The position numbers and the translations under genes were made by a program. Source: Eledone cirrhosa (Eukaryota). Taken from it: a stretch of DNA of 64,000 nt. Positions 42,792-57,559 of this stretch are shown here, piece after piece (position 1 is the first letter of the stretch; each line of letters begins with the position of its first letter). The notes under the pieces were generated by a model. The model ran no database searches. It was not told the DNA's origin and was given only the letters and a program-made list of their open reading frames with translations. The stretch is taken from positions 62,001-126,000 of the forward strand of contig CAXHJY010001576.1 in assembly GCA_964016885.1 (NCBI GenBank), given 5' to 3'.

Positions 42792-43241
42792 GAGAATGGG
42801 TGGTCCGCGTATGATATTATGAATTTAGAGGTTGAGTACTGTTTGTTTTGCAGGAGTTATAGACACAGGTTGGCGTTCGATCTAGGGTATTGGCTAAGGG
42901 ATCGAAGACTGATTGGAGCAATAACAGTCTTATATATATATATATTATCAGCTTAGATATATGCATTTTGATGCACAGTAGTGAACGCTTGTGCATGTGG
43001 ATATATATATTGATGAAATCAATAACAACTCACACATGGCAGGGACGTATTCACTCACTTTCATACATACATACATACATACATTCATACATACATACAT
43101 GCATGCATGCATGCATGCATACATACATACAAACACATACATACATACACATACAAACATACATACATGCTTACATACATACATGCATACATACATGCAT
43201 ACATACAGACATACTATGTACATTCATACACACATGCAGTT

Positions 43242-43313
<72 letters not shown>

Positions 43314-43478
43314 CTGTTGGCTTCTTGCTCACGTTAATTTCTCTATATATATATAATATATATATATATATATACATAGTCTATGAGATATGTGTGCTTA
43401 CATTCACATGTGTGTATACACATGTATATATATCTATATACATGGATATATATATCTATATATCTATATATCTATATA

Positions 43479-43529
<51 letters not shown>

Positions 43530-43599
43530 AGAATGAGAGAGAGGGAGTGAGTGAGAGATAGATAGATAGATAGGGAGAGATAGAGAGAGAAAGATAGAC

Positions 43600-43639
<40 letters not shown>

Positions 43640-43782
43640 GGAGAGAGAGTGAGAGAGAGAGAGAGAGAGAGAACTGACTGCTCACTTATGAACTGATATC
43701 TTATTTTTACTTCCCTACTACAATCTATAAACAGCCATCTTGTTGCTGCTGTTGTTGCTGTTGTTGCTGCTGTTGTTGTTGT

Positions 43783-43813
<31 letters not shown>

Positions 43814-43939
43814 TTGTTGCTGCTGCTGTTGTTGCTTTAGTTGAGAGAATTATTTAAAAATAAAATCATCTGCATATTTATAAGGAGATGCGTTCCATTA
43901 CTTCTCCTTATGAATCTGTGGTGTGTAGTTATGTTGGAA

Positions 43940-45605
43940 AATGTGTGGGGGTTTGTGTGTGTGCCTGTGTGTGGGGTTGTGTGTGTGCCTGTGTGTGGGG
44001 TTGTGTGTGTGCCTGTGTGTGCCTGTGTATGGGTTTGTGTTGGTAAATGTATGTGGGGTTGTGTTGGTAAATATGTGTGGGGTTGTGTGTGTGCCTGTGT
44101 GTGGGTTTGTGTTGGTAAATGTATGTGGGGTTGTGTTGGTAAATATGTGTGGGGTTGTGTGTGTGCCTGTGTGTACCTGTGTGTGGGTTTGTGTTGGTAA
44201 ATGTGTGTGGGGTTGTGTTGGTAAATATGTGTGGGGTTGTGTGTGTGCCTGTGTGTGGGGTTGTGTGTGTGCCTGTGTGTGGGGTTGTGTGTGTGCCTGT
44301 GTGTGGGGTTGTGTGTGTGCCTGTGTGTGGGTTTGTGTTGGTAAATGTGTGTGGGGTTGTGTTGGTAAATATGTGTGGGGTTGTGTGAGTGCCTGTGTGT
44401 ACCTGTGTGTGGGTTTGTGTTGGTAAATGTGTGTGGGGTTGTGTTGGTAAATATGTGTGGGGTTGTGTGTGTGCCTGTGTGTGGGGTTGTGTGTGTGCCT
44501 GTGTGTGGGGTTGTGTGTGTGCCTGTGTGTGGGTTTGTGTTGGTAAATGTGTGTGGGGTTGTGTTGGTAAATATGTGTGGGGTTGTGTGTGTGTGTGCCT
44601 GTGTGTGAGATTGTGTGTGTGCCTGTATGTGGGTTTGTGTTGGTAAATGTGTGTGGGGTTGTGTGTGTGCCTGTGTGTGAGATTGTGTGTGTGTGCCTGT
44701 GTGTGGGTTTGTGTTGGTAAATGTGTGTGGGGTTGTGTTGGTAAATATGTGTGGGGTTGTGTGTGTGTGTGCCTGTGTGTGAGATTGTGTGTGTGCCTGT
44801 ATGTGGGTTTGTGTTGGTAAATGTATGTGGGGTTGTGTGTGTGCCTGTGTGTGAGATTGTGTGTGTGTGCCTGTGAGTGGGTTTGTGTTGGTAAATGTGT
44901 GTGGCGTTGTGTTGGTAAATATGTGTGGGGTTGTGTGTGTGTGCCTGTGTGTGGGTTTGTGTGGGGTTGTGTTGGTAAATGTGTGTGAGGTTGTGTTGGT
45001 AAATGTGTGTGTAGTTGTGTTGGTAAATGTGTGTGTAGTTGTGTTGGTAAATGTGTGTGAGGTTGTGTTGGTAAATGTGTGTGGGGTTGTGTTGGTAAAT
45101 ATGTGTGGGGTTGTGTGTGTGCCTGTGTGTGGGGTTGTGTGTGTGCCTGTGTGTGGGTTTGTGTGGCGTTGTGTTGGTAAATGTGTGTGAGGTTGTGTTG
45201 GTAAATGTGTGTGTAGTTGTGTTGGCAAATGTGTGTGGGCTTGTGTGTGTGTGTGCCTGTGTGTGGGCTTGTGTTGGTAAATGTGTGTGGGGTTGTGTGT
45301 GTGCCTGTGTGTGGGTTTGTGTGGGGTTGTGTTGGTAAATGTGTGTGAGGTTGTGTTGGTAAATGTGTGTGTAGTTGTGTTGGTAAATGTGTGTGGGGTT
45401 GTGTCAGTGTGTGCCTGTGTGTGGGGTTGTGTTGGTAAATGTGTGTGGGGTTGTGTTGGTAAATGTGTGTGGGGTTGTGTGTGTGCCTGTGTGTGGGTTT
45501 GTGTGGGGTTGTGTTGGTAAATGTGTGTGAGGTTGTGTTGGTAAATGTGTGTGGGGTTGTGTGTGTGTGTGTGCCTGTGTGTGGGGTTGTGTGTGTGCCT
45601 GTGTG
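43940..45605. repeat. GT-rich minisatellite of interspersed ~24-bp variants
   Basis: Units GTGTGTGGGGTTGTGTTGGTAAAT and GTGTGTGGGGTTGTGTGTGTGCCT. Confidence 0.95.
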
Positions 45606-46267
45606 CGTGCAGATGTATTTTTCTTGTTAAGGATGTGTGCACGTCCATGTGTGTGTATATGGATGTGCGCTTGTGTCTGTCAAAGTGTGTGCACGATTAT
45701 GTGTGTGTTTAGGTCTGTCCGGTTGTGTGTGTATGTGTATGTGTTGTGTGTGTGTGTGTGTATGTATGTGCATGTGTATTTGTGTGTATGTGTATGTGTG
45801 TTTGTGTGTATGTGTGTGTGTTTGTGTGTGTATGTGTTTGTGTGTTTGTGTGTGAGTGTCTGAGTGTTTGTGTGTTTGTGTGTTTGTGCATAATTGTGTA
45901 TGTTGGTGTGATTGTGTATGTAGATATGTTTGAGACTACGCATATGTGCGTATATGTCTTTGTTGTCTTATTTGTGTGTGTGTGTGTGTCTCTCTCTCTC
46001 TTTCTCTCTGTATGTGTGTGCGTGTATCTGTAAATGTCGCTATGTATATGTAGATGTATCGGTGTGTATATATGAAATTGCATCTTTATATACACAATGA
46101 GCTTCTCTAGCAGATGTTTTATACGAATGAAAAAAGTGTATATAATCTATAGCTTATTTTCATTTCAGTGCTAAGTAAGTAAACTTCATTTATCATAATC
46201 TATAATACTAGATAAAAACCTCTGAACACTAATAACTGGTATTTTCACACGGCAACTGGGATAAATG

Positions 46268-47559
46268 TGATATCATAGCGAGACTTATATAAGTTTAGCA
46301 TATATCCTTGATATCATAGCGAGACTTATATAAGTTTAGTATATATACTTGATATCATAGCGAGACTTATATAAGTTTAGCATATATATACTTGATATCA
46401 TAGCGAGACTTATATAAGTTTAGCATATATATACTTGATATCATAGCAAGACTTATATAAGTTTAGCATATATACTTGATATCATAGCGAGACTTATATA
46501 AGTTTAGCATATATACTTGATATCATAGCGAGACTTATATAAGTTTAGCATATATACTTGATATCATAGCGAGACTTATATAAGTTTAGCATATATATAC
46601 TTGATATCATAGCGAGACTTATATAAGTTTAGTATATATACTTGATATCATAGCGAGACTTATATAAGTTTAGCATATATATACTTGATATCATAGCGAG
46701 ACTTATATAAGTTTAGCATATATATACTTGATATCATAGCAAGACTTATATAAGTTTAGCATATATACTTGATATCATAGCGAGACTTATATAAGTTTAG
46801 CATATATACTTGATATCATAGCGAGACTTATATAAGTTTAGCATATATACTTGATATCATAGCGAGACTTATATAAGTTTAGCATATATACTTGATATCA
46901 TAGCGAGACTTATATAAGTTTAGCATATATACTTGATATCATAGCGAGACTTATATAAGTTTAGCATATATACTTGATATCATAGCGAGACTTATATAAG
47001 TTTAGCATATATATATTTAATATCATAGCGAAACTTATATAAGTTTAGCATATATATACTTGATATCATAGCGAGACTTATATAAGTTTAGCATATATAC
47101 TTGATATCATAGCGAGACTTATATAAGTTTAGCATATATACTTGATATCATAGCGAGACTTATATAAGTTTAGCATATATATACTTGATATCATAGCGAG
47201 ACTTATATAAGTTAGCATATATACTTGATATCATAGCGAGACTTATATAAGTTTAGCATATATATACTGGATATCATAGCGAGACTTATATAAGTTTAGC
47301 ATATATACTTGATATTATAGCGAGACTTATATAAGTTTAGCATATATACTTGATATCATAGCGAGACTTATATAAGTTTAGCATATATATACTTGATATC
47401 ATAGCGAGACTTATATAAGTTTAGCATATATACTTGATATTATAGCGAGACTTATATAAGTTTAGCATATATATACTTGATATCATAGCGAGACTTATAT
47501 AAGTTTAGCATATATATACTGGATATCATAGCGAGACTTATATAGGTTTAGCATATATA
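46268..47559. repeat. 41/43-bp tandem minisatellite, about 31 copies
   Basis: Unit TGATATCATAGCGAGACTTATATAAGTTTAGCATATA(TA)TACT. Confidence 0.97.
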
Positions 47560-47721
47560 AACTTATCATATATGCCTTTTTATACACGTATATTAAGTAT
47601 TCAGATGTTTGATGAATTGAACCTCTATTTTAAATTATTGTGCAATAGTGTTGATCACAATGTATTCAACCAACATATGTGTTCTTAGTATAAGCCTTAA
47701 TCTGAATTAGAGTGGCCCTTG

Positions 47722-47999
47722 AAATTACAGGTACAATCTTTAAATTACAGGTACAATCTTTAAATTACAGGTACAATCTTTAAATTACAGGTACAATCTT
47801 TAAATTACAGGTACAATCTTTAAATTGCAGGTACAATCTTTAAATTACAGGTACAATCTTTAAATTACAAGTACAATCTTTAAATTACAGGTACAATCTT
47901 TAAATTACAAGTACAATCTTTAAATTACAGGTACAATCTTTAAATTACAAGTACAATCTTTAAATTACAGGTACAATCTTTAAATTACAAGTACAATCT
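47722..47999. repeat. 20-bp tandem repeat, about 14 copies
   Basis: Unit TAAATTACAGGTACAATCTT; G/A variants alternate in the 3' half. Confidence 0.97.
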
Positions 48000-48059
48000 G
48001 TCCGTCATGTCTCTACTCAATTTCACTCGTAAGGCTTGTGTTGACGAGGCTATAATAAT

Positions 48060-48230
48060 TGGTTCTAATTTTACTACAAGACTAGCAATTATCCCAGTGC
48101 ATTACTGGTACTTTATTTTATCGACTCCGGTAAGGATGAAAGACAAAATTAACCTCGACAAGGTTTGAACTTAGACCGTAAAGGGCCGTAACTCTATGCT
48201 GCAAATAATGGCGTTCGACCCTCTCCACCG
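48060..48230 (-). mobile_element. SINE-A, diverged
   Basis: Homology to SINE-A; tail abuts ATAATAAT. Confidence 0.85.
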
Positions 48231-48550
48231 CACTCGCCTAGCCTATAATAATGAGATCCTATCCGGGGCTTTATGATTGCGAATCGAACTTTATAACTCC
48301 TCATATCTTTGCGGTGTTGTTCGCGGGTCGCAGCCACAACACCACCGCGCCCTAAGACTAGAGCCCAACATTCCCCCCCCCCCCTCATTCTTCTGTGACC
48401 CTATAGCCCTTGCCTTTCCGTTCATTTTCCGTTTTTAGATATCTGTAGAGTTGTTATTTGAAATAGGTTTGTTTATGATTTTTTTGATTTTTTTTATAAA
48501 AAAAAACATTTAAAGTTTAAAAAGAATTCTACGTCCACAGGTCTGGCTAT

Positions 48551-48677
48551 ACAATACTATAGATTACTATAGAATACTATAGATTACTATAGATTACTAT
48601 AGAATACTATAGATTACTATAGATTACTATAGAATACTATAGAATACTATAGATTACTATAGAATACTATAGAATAC
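48551..48677. repeat. 10-bp tandem repeat AGA(T/A)TACTAT
   Basis: Direct reading. Confidence 0.95.
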
Positions 48678-48946
48678 AAGAGTATTCAAAGAGTCAAGCA
48701 TTGTTAAAATATATGAGTGGGATACACATTGTTCTGTTAGTGCAAGTCATTTTAGCTAAGGCCATGCTGGAACAATTATATCAATATATTACTATATTTA
48801 TATGTGTGATTGTGTGTGTATGTGTGTATGTGTGTGTGTTTGTGTGTGTGTGTGTCTGGTGAATAAGTATGTGAAGGTATATGAAGGAATGTTCATGTAC
48901 TAAAGTGTGTGTATTTATGAACATGCATGGAATGTTTTTGTATAAT

Positions 48947-49042
<96 letters not shown>

Positions 49043-49410
49043 GTATATATATATGTATATATATACATAAATATATACATACATATATATATATGTGTGT
49101 GTGTGAGTGTGTATACAATCATAAACACATATACACACACGCACACACACGCAGACACACGCACGCACACACACACACACAAACACACACACACATATAT
49201 ATATATAGATATAAAATCGATGATTAACCGAGTTGATATGCGTGTATATATGTATGTACGTATATATGTGTCTGTAGGGGTGTAGGATTGTCGGTGTGGC
49301 TGCGTGTGTGAACGTGTTTGTATGTGTGGTTGTGTATATCTATCTGTCTTTATGATTGTATATACACACACACACAGACACACACATATATATGTATATA
49401 TGTATGTATA

Positions 49411-49497
<87 letters not shown>

Positions 49498-49502
<5 letters not shown>

Positions 49503-49694
49503 AACAAGTATGACCCCGACGGCAGAGCTCAAGCCGTTTCGACGGCTAATTCTGGACGTCCAGAATTAGCCGTCGAAACGGCTTGAGCTCTGCCGTCGGG
49601 GTCATACTTGTTCCTATTACCCACTCTACTACCCTAAGTATTGAGTACTTTGGTGCGTTATGGTCCATCTGGTTCCTTATCACATTTCCTTCGT

Positions 49695-49740
<46 letters not shown>

Positions 49741-49862
49741 ACGAATATAACGAAGGAAATGTGGTAAGGAGAAGATGGACCATAACGCACCAAAGTACTC
49801 AATACTTAGGGTAGTAGAGTGGGTATAGGAACGAGTAGGAGCCCGGGTCCTACTCGTTCCTA
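49498..49862. mobile_element. Family B cluster: perfect 120-bp palindrome (49498-49617), 3' body, and an inverted second copy with fold-back end
   Basis: Centre GGAC|GTCC at 49557/49558; 49748-49838 mirrors 49605-49696; all within (TA)n/(CA)n. Confidence 0.88.
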
Positions 49863-49924
49863 TATATATATATACATATATACGATATATTAACAAATGG
49901 AAACTATATTTATAAAACCATATT

Positions 49925-49989
49925 TATTTCATTATACATATTTCAAGGACACCAAGTCAAATTATGGTGCGCTTTCATCAGATAAAATA
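49925..49989 (-). ncRNA. Type I minimal hammerhead ribozyme (mirror copy)
   Basis: Reverse complement of 50135-50199. Confidence 0.8.
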
Positions 49990-50134
49990 TAATATAGATC
50001 AGTTTGATAAATAAATATTGACATACCCTTAAAGAATGCGACCATTTCTGTTGGAAGCTCCTGGAGCTTCCAACAGAAATGGTCGCATTCTTTAAGGGTA
50101 TGTCAATATTTATTTATCAAACTGATCTATATTA

Positions 50135-50199
50135 TATTTTATCTGATGAAAGCGCACCATAATTTGACTTGGTGTCCTTGAAATATGTATAATGAAATA
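50135..50199 (+). ncRNA. Type I minimal hammerhead ribozyme
   Basis: Stem I TATTTTAT/ATGAAATA; CTGATGA; stem II AAG-C-GCACCA/TGGTGT-C-CTT; GAAA; stem III ATA-TG-TAT; AUA triplet ending at 50191. Confidence 0.85.
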
Positions 50200-50470
50200 A
50201 ATATGGTTTTATAAATATAGTTTCCATTTGTTAATATATTGTATTTTTACTCCAATAATTTGTTGAGTGCTTTATATTAGTTATAAAAATATTTGCTTGT
50301 TGTATCCCAACAATTTAAATATAACTTCTACATATATACATATATATATATATAATATAAGATCAAAAGATGGTTAAAGAGTTCCATGTATTTTATTATG
50401 CGCATCATCATTAAAAATCATCATGGGATGATATTTGCGTTCTCATCAGATGAAATAGAGAGGCATGGTG

Positions 50471-50536
<66 letters not shown>

Positions 50537-50730
50537 TGTGTGTCTATGTGTTAGTAGATATATATTTGTGAGTGTGTGAATGCGTTTGTAAATATATATA
50601 CATCCATCTATACATACACACGCACACACATGCACACACATACACATACACACAACACACACACGCACACACACAAACATACACACGCAAACACAAACAC
50701 ACTCAAACACACACGCACACACACACACAC

Positions 50731-50798
<68 letters not shown>

Positions 50799-50914
50799 AC
50801 ATACATGTATATATATATGCATATATGCATGTTTGCACCAATACGAACGTCCGTTAATCGATAATCAATGAAGATATTTGTACTGCCTTCCTTCACATCT
50901 GAAAAATGCTAGTG

Positions 50915-51485
50915 TGAAGAAGGAAGGAAGAAAAAAAAGAAGAAAAAGAAGAAAAAGAAGGAAAAGAAGAAAAAAGAAGAAAAAGAAGAAGAAAAATTAG
51001 AAGAAGAAGAAGAAAAAGAAAAAGAAGAAGAAGAAGAAGAAGAAGAAGAAGAAGAAGAAGAAGAAGAAGAAGAAGAAGAAGAAGAAGAAGCGAGAAATAA
51101 AGAATAGAATTGTGGTGGTGATGGTGGTGATGGTGGTGATGGTGATGGTGATGGTGGTGATGCTGATGATGGTGGTGAGGGTGACGATGACAATGACGAT
51201 GATGACGATGATGATGGTGATATTGATGATGGTATAGTTGATATATGATGATGATGGTGATGATGATGATAATGATGGTAGAGTTGATGATGGTATAGTT
51301 GATATATGATGATGATGGTGATGATGGTGATGGTGATGATGGTGATGGTATTGTTGATATTGATGATGGTGGTGATGGTGATGATGATGATGATGGTGAT
51401 GATGATGGTGATGGTGATGATGATGATGATGGTGATGGTGATGATGATGGTGATGGTGATGGTGATGGTGATGGTGATGGTGGGT
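50915..51485. repeat. (GAA)n followed by (GAT/GGT)n
   Basis: Direct reading. Confidence 0.95.
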
Positions 51486-51638
51486 GGTGTGGCTGATGAG
51501 GACATGGTGATAATGATAGGGAGTGTGACAATCAGGCTTCATCGATCGATATGTTCCACGTGGCCTACCTTGGCTGCTTCGCTCAAGGCCGGATTCTGGA
51601 GTGGAGTTCATCTAGATATATAACAGCCGGCCTCTCTG

Positions 51639-54085
51639 TATACCACACCGCCACTCTTGCCACTACCACTACCACTACCACTACCACTACTACAATACCA
51701 CACCGCCACTCTTACCACTACCACTACCACTACCACTACTAGTACCACTACCACTACTACAATACCACACCGCCACTCTTACCACTACCACTACCACTAC
51801 CACTACCACTACCACTACCACTACAATACTACAATACTACACCGCCACTCTTACCACTACCACTACCACTACCACTACCACTACCACTACACTACTACAA
51901 TACTACAATACTACACCGCCACTCTTGCCACTACCACTACCACTACCACTACCACTACCACTACACTACTACAATACCACACCGCCACTCTTACCACTAC
52001 CACTACCACTACCACTACCACTACACTACTACAATACTACACCGCCACTCTTGCCACTACCACTACCACTACCACTACCACTACCACTACCACTACTACA
52101 ATACCACACCGCCACTCTTACCACTACCACTACCACTACCACTACACTACTACAATACCACACCGCCACTCTTACCACTACCACTACCACTACCACTACA
52201 CTACTACAATACCACACCGCCACTCTTACCACTACCACTACCACTACCACTACCACTACCACTACCACTACCACTACCACTACCACTACTAGTACCACTA
52301 CCACTACCACTACCATTACCACCAGTACCACTACCGCTACCACTACCACTACCATTACCACTACCACTACTACAATACCACACCGCCACTCTTACCACTA
52401 CCACTACCACTACCACTACCACTACCACTACCACTACCACTACCATTACCACCAGTACCACTACCGCTACCACTACCACTACCATTACCACCAGTACCAC
52501 TACCGCTACCACTACCACTACCATTACCACTACCATTACCACTACCACTACCACTACCATTACCACTACCACTACCACTACCATTACCCCTACCACTACC
52601 ACTACCACTACCACTACCACTACCACTACTACAATACCACACCGCCACTCTTACCACTACCACTACCACTACCACTACCACTACCACTACACTACTACAA
52701 TACCACACCGCCACTCTTACCACTACCACTACCACTACCACTACCACTACCACTACACTACTACAATACTACACCGCCACTCTTACCACTACCACTACCA
52801 CTACCACTACCACTACCACTACCACTACTACAATACTACACCGCCACTCTTACCACTACCACTACCACTACCACTACCACTACCACTACACTACTACAAT
52901 ACTACAATACTACACCGCCACTCTTACCACTACCACTACCACTACCACTACCACTACCACTACACTACTACAATACTACACCGCCACTCTTACCACTACC
53001 ACTACCACTACCACTACCACTACTACAATACCACACCGCCACTCTTACCACTACCACTACCACTACCACTACCACTACCACTACACTACTACAATACTAC
53101 AATACTACACCGCCACTCTTACCACTACCACTACCACTACCACTACCACTACCACTACACTACTACAATACTACACCGCCACTCTTACCACTACCACTAC
53201 CACTACCACTACCACTACTACAATACTACACCGCCACTCTTACCACTACCACTACCACTACCACTACCACTACCACTACCACTACACTACTACAATACTA
53301 CACCGCCACTCTTACCACTACCACTACCACTACCACTACCACTACCACTACACTACTACAATACTACACCGCCACTCTTACCACTACCACTACCACTACC
53401 ACTACCACTACCACTACACTACTACAATACTACAATACTACACCGCCACTCTTACCACTACCACTACCACTACCACTACCACTACCACTACACTACTACA
53501 ATACCACACCGCCACTCTTACCACTACCACTACCACTACTACTACCACTACCACTACACTACTACAATACTACAATACTACACCGCCACTCTTACCACTA
53601 CCACTACCACTACCACTACCACTACACTACTACAATACTACAATACTACACCGCCACTCTTACCACTACCACTACCACTACCACTACCACTACCACTACA
53701 CTACTACAATACTACACCGCCACTCTTACCACTACCACTACCACTACCACTACCACTACCACTACAATACTACAATACTACACCGCCACTCTTACCACTA
53801 CCACTACCACTACCACTACCACTACCACTACACTACTACAATACTACACCGCCACTCTTACCACTACCACTACCACTACCACTACTACAATACCTTACCG
53901 CCACTGTTACCACTACCACTACCACTACCACTATTACAATACCTCACCGCCACTGTTACCACTACCACTACCACTACCACTACTACAATTACTACAATAC
54001 CTCACCGCCACTGTTACCACCACTACTACTACTACCACTACTACAATACTTCACCGCCACTGTTACCACTACCACTACCACTACC
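51639..54085. repeat. Variable-length minisatellite: TACAATAC(C/T)ACACCGCCACTCTT plus (ACCACT)n
   Basis: Direct reading. Confidence 0.95.
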
Positions 54086-54745
54086 ACTACTACAATTACA
54101 AGCACTACCACTAGCATTACTACCACTACTACTATTACAAGCACTACCACTAGCATTACTACCACTACTACAATTACAAGCACTACCACTAGCATTACTA
54201 CCACTACTACAATTACAAGCACTACCACTAGCATTACTACCACTACTACAATTACAAGCACTACCACTAGCATTACTACCACTACTACAATTACAAGCAC
54301 TACCACTAGCATTACTACCACTACTACAATTACAAGCACTACCACTAGCATTACTACCACTACTACAATTACAAACACTACCATTTCCACTACCACTACT
54401 ACAATTACAAGCACTACCACTAGCATTACTACCACTACTACTATTACAAGCACTACCACTAGCATTACTACCACTACTACAATTACAAACACTACCATTT
54501 CCACTACCACTACTACAATTACAAACACTACCATTTCCACTACCACTACTACAATTACAAGCACTACCACTAGCATTACTACCACTACTACTATTACAAG
54601 CACTACCACTAGCATTACTACCACTACTACAATTACAAACACTACCATTTCCACTACCACTACTACAATTACAAACACTACCATTTCCACTACCACTACT
54701 ACAATTACAAGCACTACCACTAGCACTACTGCCACTACTACCACT
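54086..54745. repeat. 39-bp tandem repeat with two variants
   Basis: Unit AATTACAAGCACTACCACTAGCATTACTACCACTACTAC. Confidence 0.95.
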
Positions 54746-54789
54746 ATCAGCATGAAGAAAAACAACACCATCACTGTCATAAATACCCA

Positions 54790-56655
54790 CTGCTACCACT
54801 ACCACCACTACTCCTGGTACTACCACTACCACCACTACCACCGCTACTCCTGGTACTACCACTGCCACCAATACAAAATGGTACTACCACTACCACTACT
54901 ACACCTGGTACTACCACTGCCACCACTACACCTGGTACCTCCACTACCACCACTACTCCCTCTGGTACTACCACAGCCACCACTACGCCTGGTACTAGGT
55001 ACTACCACCACTACACCTGGTACTAGGTACTACCACTACACCTGATACCTCCACTACCACTACTACCTCTGGTACTACCACTACCACCACTACTACCTCT
55101 GGTACTACCACTACCACTACTACACCTGGTACCTCCACTACCACCACTACTCCCTCTGGTACTACCACAGCCACCACTACGCCTGGTACTAGGTACTACC
55201 ACCACTACAACTGGTACTAGGTACTACCACCACTACACCTGATACCTCCACTACCACTACTACCTCTGGTACTACCACTACCACCACTACTACCTCTGGT
55301 ACTACCATTACCACCACTACACCTGGTACTACCACTACCACCACTACGCCTGGTACTACCACTACCACCACTACGCCTGGTACTAGGTACTACCACCTCT
55401 ACACCTGGTACCACCACTACCACCACTACACCTGATACTACCACTACCACCACTACGCCTGGTACTACCACTACCACTACTACCTCTGGTACTACCACTA
55501 CCACCACTACACCTGGTACTACCACTACCACCACTACGCCTGGTACTACCACTACCACCACTACACCTGATACTACCACTACCACCACTACGCCTGGTAC
55601 TACCACTACCACCACTACGCCTGGTACTACCACTACCACCACTACACCTGATACTACCACTACCACCACTACGCCTGGTACTACCACTACCACCACTACG
55701 CCTGGTACTACCACTACCACCACTACACCTGATACTACCACTACCACCACTACGCCTGGTACTACCACTACCACCACTACTCCCTCTGGTACTACCACAG
55801 CCACCACTACGCCTGGTACTACCACTACCACCACTACGCCTGGTACTACCACTACCACCACTACGCCTGGTACTACCACTACCACCACTACGCCTGGTAC
55901 TAGGTACTACCACCTCTACACCTGGTACTACCACTACCACCACTACCACCACTACACCTGATACTACCACTACCACCACTACGCCTGGTACTAGGTACTA
56001 CCACCTCTACACCTGGTACTACCACTACCACCACTACGCCTGGTACTCGGTACTACCACCTCTACACCTGGTACTACCACTACCACCACTACGCCTGGTA
56101 CTAGCACTACCACCACTACGCCTGGTACTACCACTACCACCACTACGCCTGGTACTACCACTACCACTACTACGCCTGGTACTACCACTACCACCACTAC
56201 GCCTGGTACTACCACTACCACCACTACGCCTGGTACTAGGTACTACCACCTCTACACCTGGTACTACCACTACCACCTCTACACCTGGTACTACCACTAC
56301 CACCACTACGCCTGGTACTAGGTACTACCACCTCTACACCTGGTACTACCACTACCACCTCTACACCTGGTACTACCACTACCACCACTACGCCTGGTAC
56401 TACCACTACCACTACTACGCCTGGTACTACCACTACCACCACTACGCCTGGTACTACCACTACCACCACTACGCCTGGTACTAGGTACTACCACCTCTGC
56501 ACCTGGTACTACCACTACCACCTCTACACCTGGTACTACCACTACCACCACTACGCCTGGTACTACCACTACCACCACTACGCCTGGTACTACCACTACC
56601 ACCTCTACACCTGGTACTACCACTACCACCACTACGCCTGGTACTACCACTACCA
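54790..56655. repeat. 27-bp tandem repeat with variants
   Basis: Unit CCTGGTACTACCACTACCACCACTACG. Confidence 0.95.
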
Positions 56656-56836
56656 TCATTAATACCAACACCGCCAACATAACATCATCATCGCCTGCAT
56701 CGCCAACGCCACCATTATCTACACTGAAGTCTACCACCTTTACTGCCCTGCTACTACAACCACAACCAACCACTCCTATCATTATCACCTACAGCCCAAC
56801 AACAACAATAACTACACCATCACTGCTACTACTATC

Positions 56837-57006
56837 ATCGGTAGAGGGTCGGACGCCATGCTTTACAGCATAGAGTTACCTCCCTTTATGATCTGAGTTC
56901 AAATCCCGCCGAGGTTAACTTTGCCTTTCATCCTTACGGGGTCGATAAAATAAAGTACCAGTAATGCACTGGGTAATTGCTGGCCTTGTGTCTAAAGTAG
57001 ACACAA
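56837..57006 (+). mobile_element. SINE-A
   Basis: Homology to SINE-A; approximate TSD ACTATCAT/ATTATCAT. Confidence 0.9.
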
Positions 57007-57011
57007 TTATC

Positions 57012-57013
57012 AT

Positions 57014-57059
<46 letters not shown>

Positions 57060-57165
57060 GTGGCTCCTGCTGCTACTACTACTACTACTGCGGCTGCTGC
57101 TGCTGCTACTACTACTACTACTGCGGCTACTGCTACTACTACTAATACTACTACTACTACTACTG

Positions 57166-57226
<61 letters not shown>

Positions 57227-57294
57227 TACTACTGTGGCTCCTGCTGCTGCTACTACTACTACTACTGCGGCTCCTGCTGCTCCTCCTCCTCCTC

Positions 57295-57353
<59 letters not shown>

Positions 57354-57366
57354 GCGGCTACTGCTG

Positions 57367-57422
<56 letters not shown>

Positions 57423-57432
57423 GCGGCTACTG

Positions 57433-57515
<83 letters not shown>

Positions 57516-57525
57516 GCGGCTACTG

Positions 57526-57559
<34 letters not shown>

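Larger units (their letters stand above)
49881..50329. mobile_element. Family A (subfamily 1) palindromic insertion with two hammerheads
   Basis: Arms 49881-50061 and 50063-50243 with 1-nt loop; the right copy continues to the family 3' end ...AATATAACTTCT followed by (TA/CA)n. Confidence 0.9.

Noticed and set aside
43837-45648. 603-aa His/Thr-rich ORF
   Set aside because: Translation of a GT-rich minisatellite; several frames are open and there is no domain or splice evidence.
46268-47559. CRISPR-like regular array with palindromic repeats
   Set aside because: No unique spacers, no cas genes, eukaryotic context; it is a tandem minisatellite.
47722-47999. Array of TTACAG|GTA recursive-splice-like motifs
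   Set aside because: Weak polypyrimidine tract and donor, and no evidence of a host transcript.
51500-51640. GC-richer unique segment with AG...AAG|GTAGGC on the minus strand as a possible exon
   Set aside because: Poor polypyrimidine tract, no recognisable peptide and no partner exons.
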